This document shows positions 36,608 through 48,198 of a DNA stretch of 64,000 nt, piece after piece. Positions within the stretch are counted from its first letter, which is position 1, and each line of letters opens with the position of its first letter. The position numbers were made by a program, and so were the translations under genes. This DNA comes from Phaeosaccion multiseriatum (taxonomy: Eukaryota; Protista; Ochrophyta, other classes): NCBI GenBank assembly GCA_965112735.1, contig OZ218954.1, forward strand, positions 2,418,001 to 2,482,000, read 5' to 3'. The notes under the pieces are model-generated. The model worked only from the letters and a program-made list of their open reading frames with translations, did not search any database and had not been told where the DNA came from.

Positions 36608-39600
36608 GAGGGAGGGAGGGAGGGAGGGAGGGAGGGAGGGAGGGAGGGAGGGAGGGAGGGAGGGAGGGAGGGAGGGAGGGAGGGAGGGAGGGAGGGAGGG
36701 AGGGCGGGAGGGAGGGAGGGAGGGAGGGAGGGAGGGAGGGAGGGAGGGAGGGAGGGAGGGAGGGAGGGAGGGAGGGAGGGAGGGAGGGAGGGAGGGAGGG
36801 AGGGAGGGAGGGAGGGAGGGAGAGAGGAAGGCAGGGAAGGAGGGAGGGAGGCAGGGAGGGGGGGATGGAGGGAGGGACGGAGGGAGGGAGAAGCAAAGAA
36901 GGGGAGGGAGGGAGGGAGGGAGGGAGGGAGGGAGGGAGGGAGGGAGGGAGGGAGGGAGGGAGGGAGGGAGGGAGGGAGGGAGGGAGGGAGGGAGGGAGGG
37001 AGGGAGGGAGGGAGGGAGGGAGGGAGGGAGGGAGGGAGGGAGGGAGGGAGGGAGGGAAGGAGGGAGGGAGGGAGGGAGAGAGAGCGGGAGGGTGGGAGGA
37101 AGGGAGAGATGAAGGGAGGGAAGGAAGGTGGGTCGGAGGGAGGGAGGGAGGGAGGGAGGGAGGGAGGGAGGGAGGGAGGGAGGGAGGGAGGGAGGGAGGG
37201 AGGGAGGGAGGGAGGGAGGGAGGGAGGGAGGGAGGGAGGGAGGGAGGGAGGGAGGGAGGGAGGGAGGGAGGGAGGGGCGGAGGGGGCGAGAGAGGGAGGG
37301 AGGGTGGAAGGGAGGGAGGGAGGGATGGAGGGAGGGAGGGAGGGAGGGAGGGAGGGAGGGAGGGAGGGAGGGGGGGAGGTGGGGAGGGAGGGAGGGAGAG
37401 ATGGAGGGAGGGAGGGAGGGAGGGAGGGAGGGAGGGGGGGATGGAGGGAGGGAGGAAGAGAGGGAGGGAGGGAGGGAGGGAGGGAGGGAGGGAGGGAGGG
37501 AAGGAGGGAGGGAGGGAGGAAGGGTGGGAGAGAGGGAGGGGAGAGGGAGGGAAGGGAGACAGAGAGGGAGGGAGGGAGGCAAGGGGGGAGAGAGGAAGGG
37601 AGGGGAGAGAGAGAGGGAGGGAGGGAGGAAGGGAGGGGAGGGAGAAGAGAGGAAGGCAGGGAGGGAGGGAGGGAGGGAGGGAGGGGGGGATGGAGGGAGG
37701 GAGGAAGAGAGGGAGGGAGGGAGGGAGGGAGGGAGGGAGGGAGGGAGGGAAGGAGGGAGGGAGGGAGGAAGGGTGGGAGAGAGGGAGGGGAGAGGGAGGG
37801 AAGGGAGACAGAGAGGGAGGGAGGGAGGCAAGGGGGGAGAGAGGAAGGGAGGGGAGAGAGAGAGGGAGGGAGGGAGGAAGGGAGGGGAGGGAGAAGAGAG
37901 GAAGGCAGGGAAGGAGGGAGGGAGGCAGGGAGGGGGGGATGGAGGGAGGGACGGAGGGAGGGAGGGAGGGAGGGAGGGAGGGAGGGAGGGAGGGAGGGAG
38001 GGAGGGAGGGAGGGAGGGAGGGAGGGAGGGAGGGAGGGAGGGAGGGAGGGAGGGAGGGAGGGAGGGAGGGAGGGAGGGAGGGAGGGAGGGAGGGAGGGAG
38101 GGAGGGAGGGAGGGAGGGAGGGAGAGAGAGAGGGAGGGAGGGAGGGAGGGAGAGAGGAAGGGAGGGAAGGAAGGTGGGTCGGAGGGAGGGAGGGAGGGAG
38201 GGAGGGAGGGAGGGAGGGAGGGAGGGAGGGAGGGAGGGAGGGAGGGAGGGAGGGAGGGAGGGAGGGAGGGAGGGAGGGAGGGAGGGAGGGAGGGAGGGAG
38301 GGAGGGAGGGAGGGAGGGAGGGAGGGAGGGAGGGAGGGAGGGAGGGAGGGAGGGAGGGAGGGAGGGAGGGAGGGAGGGAGGGAGGGAGGGAGGGAGGGAG
38401 GGAGGGAGGGAGGGAGGGAGGGAGGGAGGGAGGGAGGGAGGGAGGGAGGGAGGGAGGGAGGGAGGGAGGGAGGGAGGGAGGGAGGGAGGGAGGGAGGGAG
38501 GGAGGGAGGGAGGGAGGGAGGGAGGGAGGGAGGGAGGGAGGGAGGGAGGGAGGGAGGGAGGGAGGGAGGGAGGGAGGGAGGGAGGGAGGGAGGGAGGGAG
38601 GGAGGGAGGGAGGGAGGGAGGGAGGGAGGGAGGGAGGGAGGGAGGGAGGGAGGGAGGGAGGGAGGGAGGGAGGGAGGGAGGGAGGGAGGGAGGGAGGGAG
38701 GGAGGGAGGGAGGGAGGGAGGGAAGGGAGGGAGGGAGGGAGGGAGGGAGGGAGAGGGAGGGAGAGAGGGAGGGAAGGGAGGGAGAGAGGGAGGGAGGGAG
38801 GAAGGGAGGGAGGGAGGAAGGGAGGGAGGGAGAGAGAGGGGGAGGGAGGGAGGGAGGGAGGGAGAGAGGGAGAAAGGGAGGGAGAGAGGGAGAGAGGGAG
38901 GGAGGGAGGGAGGGAGGGAGGGAGGGAGGGAGGGAGGGAGGGAGGGAGGGAGGGAGGGAGGGAGGGAGGGAGGGAGGGAGGGAGGGAGGGAGGGAGGGAG
39001 GGAGGGAGGGAGGGAGGGAGGGAGGGAGGGAGGGAGGGAGGGAGGGAGGGAGGGAGGGAGGGAGGGAGGGAGGGAGGGAGGGAGGGAGGGAGGGAGGGAG
39101 GGAGGGAGGGAGGGAGGGAGGGAGGGAGGGAGGGAGGGAGGGAGGGAGGGAGGGAGGGAGGGAGGGAGGGGAGGGAGGGAGGGAGGGAGGGAGGGAGGGA
39201 GGGAGGGAGGGAGGGAGGGAGGGAGGGAGGGAGGGAGGGAGGGAGGGAGGGAGGGAGGGAGGGAGGGAGGGAGGGAGGGAGGGAGGGAGGGAGGGAGGGA
39301 GGGAGGGAGGGAGGGAGGGAGGGAGGGAGGGAGGGAGGGAGGGAGGGAGGGAGGGAGGGAGGGAGGGAGGGAGGGAGGGAGGGAGGGAGGGAGGGAGGGA
39401 GGGAGGGAGGGAGGGAGGGAGGGAGGGAGGGAGGGAGGGAGGGAGGGAGGGAGGGAGGGAGGGAGGGAGGGAGGGAGGGAGGGAGGGAGGGAGGGAGGGA
39501 GGGAGGGAGGGAGGGAGGGAGGGAGGGAGGGAGGGAGGGAGGGAGGGAGGGAGGGAGGGAGGGAGGGAGGGAGGGAGGGAGGGAGGGAGGGAGGGAGGGA

Positions 39601-41334
39601 GGGAGGGAGGGAGGGAGGGAGGGAGGGAGGGAGGGAGGGAGGGAGGGAGGGAGGGAGGGAGGGAGGGAGGGAGGGAGGGAGGGAGGGAGGGAGGGAGGGA
39701 GGGAGGGAGGGAGGGAGGGAGGGAGGGAGGGAGGGAGGGAGGGAGGGAGGGAGGGAGGGAGGGAGGGAGGGAGGGAGGGAGGGAGGGAAGGGAGGGAGAG
39801 AGGGAGGGAGAGAGGGAGGGAAGGGAGGGAGGGAGGGAGGGAGGGAGGGAGGGAGGGAGGAGAGGAAGGGAGGGAGAGAGAGGGAGGGAGGGAGGGAGGG
39901 AGGGAGGGAGGGAGGGAGGGAGGGAGGGAGGGAGGGAGGGAGGGAGGGAGGGAGGGAGGGAGGGAGGGAGGGAGGGAGGGAGGGAGGGAGGGAGGGAGGG
40001 AGGGAGGGAGGGAGGGAGGGAGGGAGGGAGGGAGGGAGGGAGGGAGGGAGGGAGGGAGGGAGGGAGGGAGGGAGGGAGGGAGGGAGGGAGGGAGGGAGGG
40101 AGGGAGGGAGGGAGGGAGGGAGGGAGGGAGGGAGGGAGGGAGGGAGGGAGGGAGGGAGGGAGGGAGGGAGGGAGGGAGGGAGGGAGGGAGGGAGGGAGGG
40201 AGGGAGGGAGGGAGGGAGGGAGGGAGGGAGGGAGGGAGGGAGGGAGGGAGGGAGGGAGGGAGGGAGGGAGGGAGGGAGGGAGGGAGGGAGGGAGGGAGGG
40301 AGGGAGGGAGGGAGGGAGGGAGGGAGGGAGGGAGGGAGGGAGGGAGGGAGGGAGGGAGGGAGGGAGGGAGGGAGGGAGGGAGGGAGGGAGGGAGGGAGGG
40401 AGGGAGGGAGGGAGGGAGGGAGGGAGGGAGGGAGGGAGGGAGGGAGGGAGGGAGGGAGGGAGGGAGGGAGGGAGGGAGGGAGGGAGGGAGGGAGGGAGGG
40501 AGGGAGGGAGGGAGGGAGGGAGGGAGGGAGGGAGGGAGGGAGGGAGGGAGGGAGGGAGGGAGGGAGGGAGGGAGGGAGGGAGGGAGGGAGGGAGGGAGGG
40601 AGGGAGGGAGGGAGGGAGGGAGGGAGGGAGGGAGGGAGGGAGGGAGGGAGGGAGGGAGGGAGGGAGGGAGGGAGGGAGGGAGGGAGGGAGGGAGGGAGGG
40701 AGGGAGGGAGGGAGGGAGGGAGGGAGGGAGGGAGGGAGGGAGGGAGGGAGGGAGGGAGGGAGGGAGGGAGGGAGGGAGGGAGGGAGGGAGGGAGGGAGGG
40801 AGGGAGGGAGGGAGGGAGGGAGGGAGGGAGGGAGGGAGGGAGGGAGGGAGGGAGGGAGGGAGGGAGGGAGGGAGGGAGGGAGGGAGGGAGGGAGGGAGGG
40901 AGGGAGGGAGGGAGGGAGGGAGGGAGGGAGGGAGGGAGGGAGGGAGGGAGGGAGGGAGGGAGGGAGGGAGGGAGGGAGGGAGGGAGGGAGGGAGGGAGGG
41001 AGGGAGGGAGGGAGGGAGGGAGGGAGGGAGGGAGGGAGGGAGGGAGGGAGGGAGGGAGGGAGGGAGGGAGGGAGGGAGGGAGGGAGGGAGGGAGGGAGGG
41101 AGGGAGGGAGGGAGGGAGGGAGGGAGGGAGGGAGGGAGGGAGGGAGGGAAGGGCGGGAGGGAGGGAAGGGCGGGAGGGAGGGTTTTAGGGACGGAGGGTT
41201 TTAGGGACGGAGGGAGGGAGAGAGGGAGGGAGAGAGGGGGGGAGGGAGGGAGGGAGGGAGGGAGGGAGGGAGGGAGGGAGGGAGGGAGGGAGGGAGGGAG
41301 GGAGGGAGGGAGGGAGGGAGGGAAGAAGGGAAGG
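36608..41334. repeat. (GGGA)n tetranucleotide array, about 4.7 kb
   Basis: Mostly perfect GGGA repeats with degenerate blocks and an internal duplication of about 249 bp (37441 vs 37690). Confidence 0.98.
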
Positions 41335-41915
41335 AGTGTTAGCCTCTGGGCCAAGGGCAGTGACGACCCTCGCCGGAAAAGCTCTCAGTATCTTTCTAGC
41401 TGGCTATCGCTCACTCGAAGATCTCTGATATATGCGTACGGACTGACCAATGGAGTGGTACCTTTTTCTTACATTGCTATTGTCCAATACTACCCACCTC
41501 GATGATGTTCTTGTCCTTACGCGTACCCCAATGTCCTTTATGCCTTTGTCCTTATCTCCTTTTTTGCTTACTACACGGCCTTGTCACTGACCCGATAACC
41601 TCCCTCCGGAACTCCGGAATCTAGACCAAAATAGACCTTCTCGATGCCAAATGTCGATGTCCTGCCCATACCCGAAGTCAATGAAAGTCCCCCCCGGGAG
41701 GCCCCAAATTCAAAGAACAAAAACCGATCACTTTGCCGTTGTATCATTGGCGTGTGTCAGAAGAAGAAAGAATGAAAGAAGGTATGAAGGCCGCCGCGGA
41801 CAGAGCCCGGCTGGGGAAGGCTGGGGGAGGGCAGACGCACATGAGGGAAGAAAGCAGGAAGGGAGAGTAGGGAGCAGGGAGAGACTGACACCGAAAGATA
41901 CCGGGGGGGATGGGG

Positions 41916-42470
41916 TGATGTACGCTCTCCTGCCCCCACCCCTGCCTCCGCGGGCCTGGAGCTGCTTCCCGTGCTTACACATGTAACACTGTATCCTATG
42001 GTGTTGTGCTTGCCCTTGCTCTGTGTTGTGCACGTTTCAGAGACGGTCGAGGAGCCAAGGTAGTCCAACGGCCGGCCAACGGCAAACGGCAGGTGTGTAC
42101 GGGCCAAGTGCCGCCTTTCCGCTCTTCTCCCACTTTCCCCCTCCTCTCGTCTCTTTCCCGCTCCCCTCTTTTTTCCTCTCCTCTTCTTTCTTGTTTCCGC
42201 CCCCCTGTAGCTACTCAATGAGATGGAGATGGAGATGGAAGGGTCGTGATGTGTGAGCTCTTCTCCTGCCCCTCCCCCGCACCTCCGCGGGCCCGAAGCT
42301 ACTACCCGTGCTTACCCATGTACTCATGTATGCTATGGTGCTGCGCTTGCCCCTTCTCTGCCTTGTGCATGTTTCAGTGACGGTCGAGAAGCCAAGGTAG
42401 TCCAACCGCACTCCAACGGCAAAGGGCAGGTGTGTACCGACCAGAGTGCCGCCTTTCCGCTCTTCTCCCA
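41916..42470 (+). repeat. Diverged direct duplication (about 220-bp units at 41916 and 42248) of an intron plus 52-nt exon-like unit
   Basis: TTTCAG|(A/T)GACGGTCGAG(G/A)AGCCAAGGTAGTCCAA...GGCAG|GTGTGTAC present twice. Confidence 0.75.
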
Positions 42471-42825
42471 GCCTCCTCCTTCCTCTCGTCTCCTTCCCGC
42501 TCCCCTCGTCCTCTTCAGACTACACCTCTTCCTCTCCTCCTCTTCCTCTCCCCCCTCCCGCCCTTCCTCCCTCTCTCCCTTCCCCCCTCCCGCCATTCCT
42601 TCCTCCCTTCCTCCCTCCCTCTCGTCCTCCCTTCCTTCCCCCCTCCCTCCTCTTCCTCCCTACCCTCTGGTCCTGAAACCCTTCTTTGAACCTCTGAGAA
42701 CGTGAGCATGTGTGCCTCCCTTGCTCTGACTGTCCCCTTGCTTGGACATTGACTCTCGTCCTTCTATAATTCCTATTCTGTCGGTGCTGCTTGCACTTGC
42801 TGCCTTGACGTTTTGCTTGTGTCCA

Positions 42826-44196
42826 GCGCCATGTCACGCGAAGCCGCCTCTGACCATGCCACAGGTAGCACCATCACCGAGGCCGCCTTCTCCGATGCTT
42901 CCCCTTCGGCCGTCGCAGAGGCTACGCAGACACACGTCCACGTTGATGAGGGAATCCTGAGTGGGGTTCTGGCAGGTACAGTACCCATCCCGACGCGGGT
43001 TTGGAGGGTATGAACGCTGCCATTCACAGCGCTGCTCACACCGCGGCGGCGACTGCAGTTACAGCCGCCGTGTCTACTATGGGTCGTCAGCCAGAGGCGA
43101 AGTCGCTTCAACCACAAGCGCTTCTTCTAGGGAAACACGCGAATGGGCGGCAGTGGGGGAGGGGAGGGCGCCGTCGAGGAGGACGAACAGTCAAGCGACG
43201 GAAGCAGACACACAGAAGACTGAGCGGCTTTTCAAAGACCTGGTGGAAGTCATGAAGAAACATTACACCCAAAGTTGGGGGTGCACGGCACCCAAACGAA
43301 GCCCGCAAGAAACCAGACAGATGGAGGTAAGGTAGAGCACAGGAGGAGGCGGAGGGAAGGAACGTTACTGCTGCGCCCTTACGCACTTTACTTGCTATTT
43401 TTTCTTGCCGGGCAGGCGTCCTTGGCGATGAAAAAGAAATCGTGGTTAATTGCGGGCGAGGCTGTGCACAGTCAAATCCACGCCTCCTTGCCTTGCTTCA
43501 TGGCCTTCGTTGCTGATCGGCGAAAGGAGGGTTTGTGCTGCTGGTTGACCAGCGAAGTGGAGTGGAGTGGCTCTCGCCTTTTACATGGCGGAGTGCACAA
43601 GGATTGACCCAGGAGAACACACGGAGGTGGGCGTGACAAGCCAACAGACGGTAGGGGCAATCATAAGCAGGATCTGTCAAGTCCAGTGCGTCATCAATCC
43701 TGAGATACCGATGCCTTGACGCCTAGACGCCTGGGTGAACGGGAAGATCAACTCCGACCTGGTCGCGATGAAAAGGGGCCTCCAAAGGAATGGCAACTCC
43801 GCCGTGTACAATAACAGGTCAGTATGTATGACTTGGCGCCTCGTGTTTGGGGGGCGGGCGGGGGGGTGAAGTCTCCTCCACCTCGACTCTTATCATCTCC
43901 TCATGTCGCCTTGGACGTATCCTCGCCCTTCCCGTGCCACCCCTCTGCTCGTCCACTGCGTTGCAGGGAGGACCTCGCCAGGGGTGCAGCGTGTTCATCC
44001 ATCCAGCCCAGGCAGCTCGGAGGACGCGTGGCGCCTCGTCCAAGCGTTGACCAAACGCATGCTTGCAGCGAGCAAGGGGCTCGAGAATCAGCCAACGGAT
44101 TCATCTTTGAAGCACCTGGAAGCGCTCGTCGTCGTACTAGAGACGTACGCAACCGCAAGTCGAATGGAGCAGGTGCTCAACCGCTGCTTACGATAG
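42826..44196 (+). pseudogene. Probable degenerate multi-exon gene of unknown family
   Basis: Coding-like stretches bounded by splice-like sites but interrupted by stops and frame changes. No family recognised. Confidence 0.3.
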
Positions 44197-44770
44197 AGCT
44201 ACACGCGGAATGCATCCAAGGTACGTACATTAATTAAAATTACATTGCTGTTGATACCGTGTTGTCGAAGACTTATCCCCATGCTTCACTTCCTAATGGG
44301 AGACTTGGCTGGGACCATTCGCACAGAGCTTGCTTATTCACGCCCCCCCCCTTCCCAGTGTGGGCCTCAAGCGGAGGGGTTCCAGTAGAGGCGAATGGCC
44401 TCGTTCCCTTTCCTCGTTGACAACTACCAAGGAACCAAGCCCAGGTTGATCTTATTCCTCCTTTCGGGCTCTCAAATCATATGCATACACGCACACGCTC
44501 TCACTCGTATGACGCAGTATCGCATTCATCGAAAAGCAGCTGCCTTCTCGTTTCTGGCAACCCCCCCCCCCCCCTAGCCCCTGGATTGATTCTGGGGGGG
44601 CAGAGAGGCCCTGCCCGGGGCGGAAGAAAGAAGACAGGAGGGGCAAACTCTCTCCTCTACAAATCGTTCGATCAACCAACTCAACTCACCCTACAGCGCA
44701 CCTCTTTTATCCTCCAACAGGTTTAAAATGGATAGGCTGTGTCCCGAATGGCCTCTTGCTGACAAAGGCC

Positions 44771-45361
44771 TCAAGCTGCTTTCGAGAAAATTCGATAGGG
44801 AAGTCGCTGCTGTTCAGAAGCGCATTGGCTCTTCATAATAGCCACTGTGGCAACAGAAATGCCCATTGTAGCCTGCCATATGGCTTTTAGAATGCTCTCC
44901 CGCTCCTCTTCGCTCAAAGTCATTTCCTTCTCTCCAACGCGATTCTGGTCGTGGCTGCCGGAGCGTTCGTAACAGCCTTGTGTAGAATCGCTTGGTGTTG
45001 GCTTCCCTAAAATGGATTGGTCAGTCTTCAGGCGTTCCCGTTCTTCCTCCGCTTCTGCCAATGCTTTTAGAGCATGGCGGCGCTCCTCTGAAGAAAGAGA
45101 ATCGCTCGCGAGCCTCTCCTTCGCCACCTCCATAGTTTTCAGACATCTTTGCATTTGTCTGTAGGGCCAGCGAGAAATGCTGTGTCCTTTGAGGAGCCGC
45201 TTCACAATCGTTGTGCTGACACCAAGCTGCTGAGCGGCCTCTAGCTGTGAAAGATGGAAAAGGTTGACCAACATGTCTTTCGTTACGGTAGCTGAAACCC
45301 CCTTTGGCCCGTTGCCTGTGTACCGAGTGCATTTCTTGGCCCCCCTGTCCCTCTTTGCCAT
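44771..45361 (-). CDS. RWP-RK domain transcription factor, 196 aa, intronless
   Basis: VTKDMLVNLFHLSQLEAAQQLGVSTTIVKRLLKGHSISRWPYRQ followed by a coiled coil. Confidence 0.85.
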   Translation of the reverse strand: MAKRDRGAKKCTRYTGNGPKGVSATVTKDMLVNLFHLSQLEAAQQLGVSTTIVKRLLKGHSISRWPYRQMQRCLKTMEVAKERLASDSLSSEERRHALKALAEAEEERERLKTDQSILGKPTPSDSTQGCYERSGSHDQNRVGEKEMTLSEEERESILKAIWQATMGISVATVAIMKSQCASEQQRLPYRIFSKAA

Positions 45362-46658
45362 GTCGTTCCGCTCTCTCCTTTACTCTCAAGGCGAACTGCG
45401 GGGCTGCTTTGCTGCCTGATCGATGGAAAACCAAGTCCTCCTAGTCACTGCAGCCTATTCTCTTCTCCTCGCAGGCCAAGATAACAGACGAGAGGATAAC
45501 CAGGTAGGGCAACCAACGCGACTGAAGGGCTGCTCTGCTGCCTGGACGATGGAAAGCCAGGTCAATGGAGCCGAAAACTCAAGCCCAGATATCAGGCTCA
45601 TAACCGGCCCCACTTTGTAACGTCGGGGCCCCTCGGGGAGCCTCATGTGCAGTTTGAAAGTTTGAACCATTCCTACAGGGGGGGCGGCTTCACCGGCTGA
45701 AGGGCTTCTTCAGCCGGGGCTCTCGCACAGGCGCGTCTGTGCAGGAAATAATGTGCAGGAAATAAGGACAGGGCGGAGATGGGACGGGTTGTTCAAGCAC
45801 TGCAAGGGCACGTTGGAACGCAGCAAATGCTAAAAGTTATTTTTTTGTGACCCCCATACGTCCAGCTTCACTTGAGTAAGCGTCACGATCTTTCTCTTTG
45901 CATGTGCTCCCGTCCATGTGACTGCCCCTTGCTCCCAGGTAAGCCTATAATCCTGTCCCCACCCCTCCTCTCCAGCCTCCCCTATTTCCTCTTGCCATCC
46001 AAGTCTGGTCATCCTCTTTTTCTCGCCATCAGCAGACCGTGTTCTCAAGGTTCCTCGCGCCATTTCTTCCTCACCTGTGGGCTTGCTACAGCAGTGCTTA
46101 GGATGGCTGGGGAGTACATGGTGCTCACGCAGGCCCTATTCGTTCCAGGGCTACATGCAGGGTGAACGGGGGGGGGGGGAGTTCTGCCCTGGAAAGAAGC
46201 TTTCACTGCGAGCGAGGTGAAGGGACATGGGGTGATGGGAGAGGAGTGAAGAGGCAGCAGCAACAACAACAACAGCAGCAAGAAGACGCAGAAGCGGCAG
46301 AAGCAGAAGGGGGGGAGAAGGAGGAGGAGGAGGAGGAGAAGGAGGTAGCAACAACAGCGGACGAAGAAGAGGTGGGGACAACAGGTGAGGAACAAACACA
46401 AAGATGGGAGAGAGAGGGAAGCGCAGAGCAACAGTGAGAGGAAGGAGGGGAACCCAGGAAGACAGCAAACTGACAGAATAAGGATGGGATACAGCAGCGG
46501 CAGACTGGGTGGTTGAGGGAGCACACCTGGACTCACCAAGACGAGATCCATGCGAGAGGGGAGGAGATGTGTGGGCTGTAGGATACACTATTCCCCGGGG
46601 GGAAGGAAGGAGGCAAAACAAGCTGGAACTCAAAGTCAACCCCACATAACCCTGCCTG

Positions 46659-47779
46659 GGACCCCTGACTAGCGGCTTCTTCTAGGCGGATCGGCCGCTC
46701 GGCCTTCGGCCGATCTAGGCCTCCGGCCGCTCTATGCCGCTCACTTTTCAGTCCTAGGCGGCCTCTAGCCCGCCTCTGGGCGGCCTCTAGGCAGCCTCCC
46801 CGTGACCGCGGGCGCGTGCGTGGGGCCGCCCAGCCAGTGGCAGCAGCACAGTGTAGGCATGCACTCCTCGCAGGGCAGGCGAGACGGAAAGAAACAACAC
46901 GGACCTGTGCACGCTGCGTACATACTCCGGGCTGGACGGCTTCACAGCGCTGCAGGGCGACGACGACGACGGAGAGTTGCTTTCGTGTCGATTCAGTCGA
47001 TTCGGGGTGTGGTCTCTCGGCACTCAAGTCATCGGCCTGCTCCGAGCAGGTTAAGTAATCAGTAAGACATTGGAGAGGGATCTGCTCGAGCGGGTGAGCT
47101 ATTACCACTCGTAAGATGCGGAGGTGTAGAGGGGTGTTGTATGTCGATGCCATTTGTGATCTGTCCCCGGTGGGCACACGACTGACGCACGACAGGAGCT
47201 CGGGCTCCTCTCTCAGAGCCTGGTTGTGTAAGGATAGAGCGGCCAGCAGGCTTGCTCTCGGGTTAAGCTGTACTAATACACATACCAGTAGCTCACACTT
47301 GGCTAATTAGAGTACTTCAACCCGAGAGCAAGCTTGCCCCGCTCTATCCTTACACAACGGGCATTACACAACCAGGCTCTGAGAGAGGAGCCCGAGCTCC
47401 TGTCATGCGTCAGGAGCTCGTGTGCCCACCGGGGACAGATCACAAATGGCAAGAAGCAACAGGGGAGAGGGATCTCGTGATGTGGCGCTCAGAGCAGAGG
47501 TGGTGGGCCCCGGGTCGCTCTGTGGGGTGGAGGGAGGGCGAAGCAAGCTAGGCAGGGAGAGGCACAAGAGTGAAGGGACAGAGAAGATACACACATAGGC
47601 GTCTGTGATCTTTGACTTCAATACTCTATGAGCCATTTGGGCTGGCTCCGAGCCAGCCCAGGGCCAAATTCCCCCTTCGCGCCTAGGCCGAGCCTAGAAA
47701 TACGCCGAGGGCCTACGGCCCTCTCTAGGCCGACAATTTTCCAAAATAGGCCTAGGCTGCTAGGCGTGCCTGGGGCTGA
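46659..47779. mobile_element. Non-autonomous TIR element with CCTAGG-rich subterminal repeats (long version of 62344-62777)
   Basis: 46730-46905 matches 62375-62540 and 47700-47779 matches 62690-62777. Right end CGTGCCTGGGGCTGA. Left end approximate. Confidence 0.7.
47148..47451. repeat. About 300-bp imperfect palindrome (foldback)
   Basis: TGCCATTTGTGATCTGTCCCCGGTGGGCACACGA ... TCGTGTGCCCACCGGGGACAGATCACAAATGGCA. Arms of about 125-140 bp around a loop of about 40 nt. Confidence 0.92.
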
Positions 47780-47966
47780 CAAAAGCTTCCTTTCGACTCT
47801 CCCTCTAGCTGCCCTGCAGTACGGCTCCTTCTACCTCCGCCTACGTCTCGCTTGCGAGAGGGAGGACTTGTCGCCCCCACTAGCCACGTCTTGGCCTGAG
47901 ACGCGTCGAAGTCTTGGTCTTCGTCCTCCTCGCCTTCCTCGGAGGCGTCGTGGCAGTCGGCTATGG

Positions 47967-48068
47967 TCGACCTTTGACGTACTAACTGCTACAGCCGGCG
48001 TCAGACGGCGTACTACCTGCTGCTGAGGGCGTGCTTCCGAAAACACGTCGGTAGCACGTCAGGGTCGA
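47967..48068. mobile_element. Short (102-bp) MITE of the TCGA-CC family
   Basis: TCGACCTTTGACGTACTA ... GGTAGCACGTCAGGGTCGA. Confidence 0.75.
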
Positions 48069-48198
48069 CCATGGTCCCCACGAAGGCATGGTTTGCTCAA
48101 TGCCTGCCCGGGTGCCCCCACCCGCCACGGATAACTTGAGCTTGCCTGTCATAACTCCCTCCCCTCCCATGTCCTGTCGGGAGTGCCCCACCCCCCGT

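Noticed and set aside
36320-41505. Very long ORFs (REGG and PPSL repeats, up to 1646 aa)
   Set aside because: Translations of the stop-free (GGGA)n array in all frames; no evidence of coding.
41683-41700. GAAAGTCCCC motif resembling the RNase MRP conserved region
   Set aside because: No matching downstream pairing region or structure found.
45693-45717. Perfect 10-bp hairpin CCGGCTGAAG/CTTCAGCCGG as a Helitron 3' end or terminator
   Set aside because: No CTRR terminus follows and no second copy is seen in the window.
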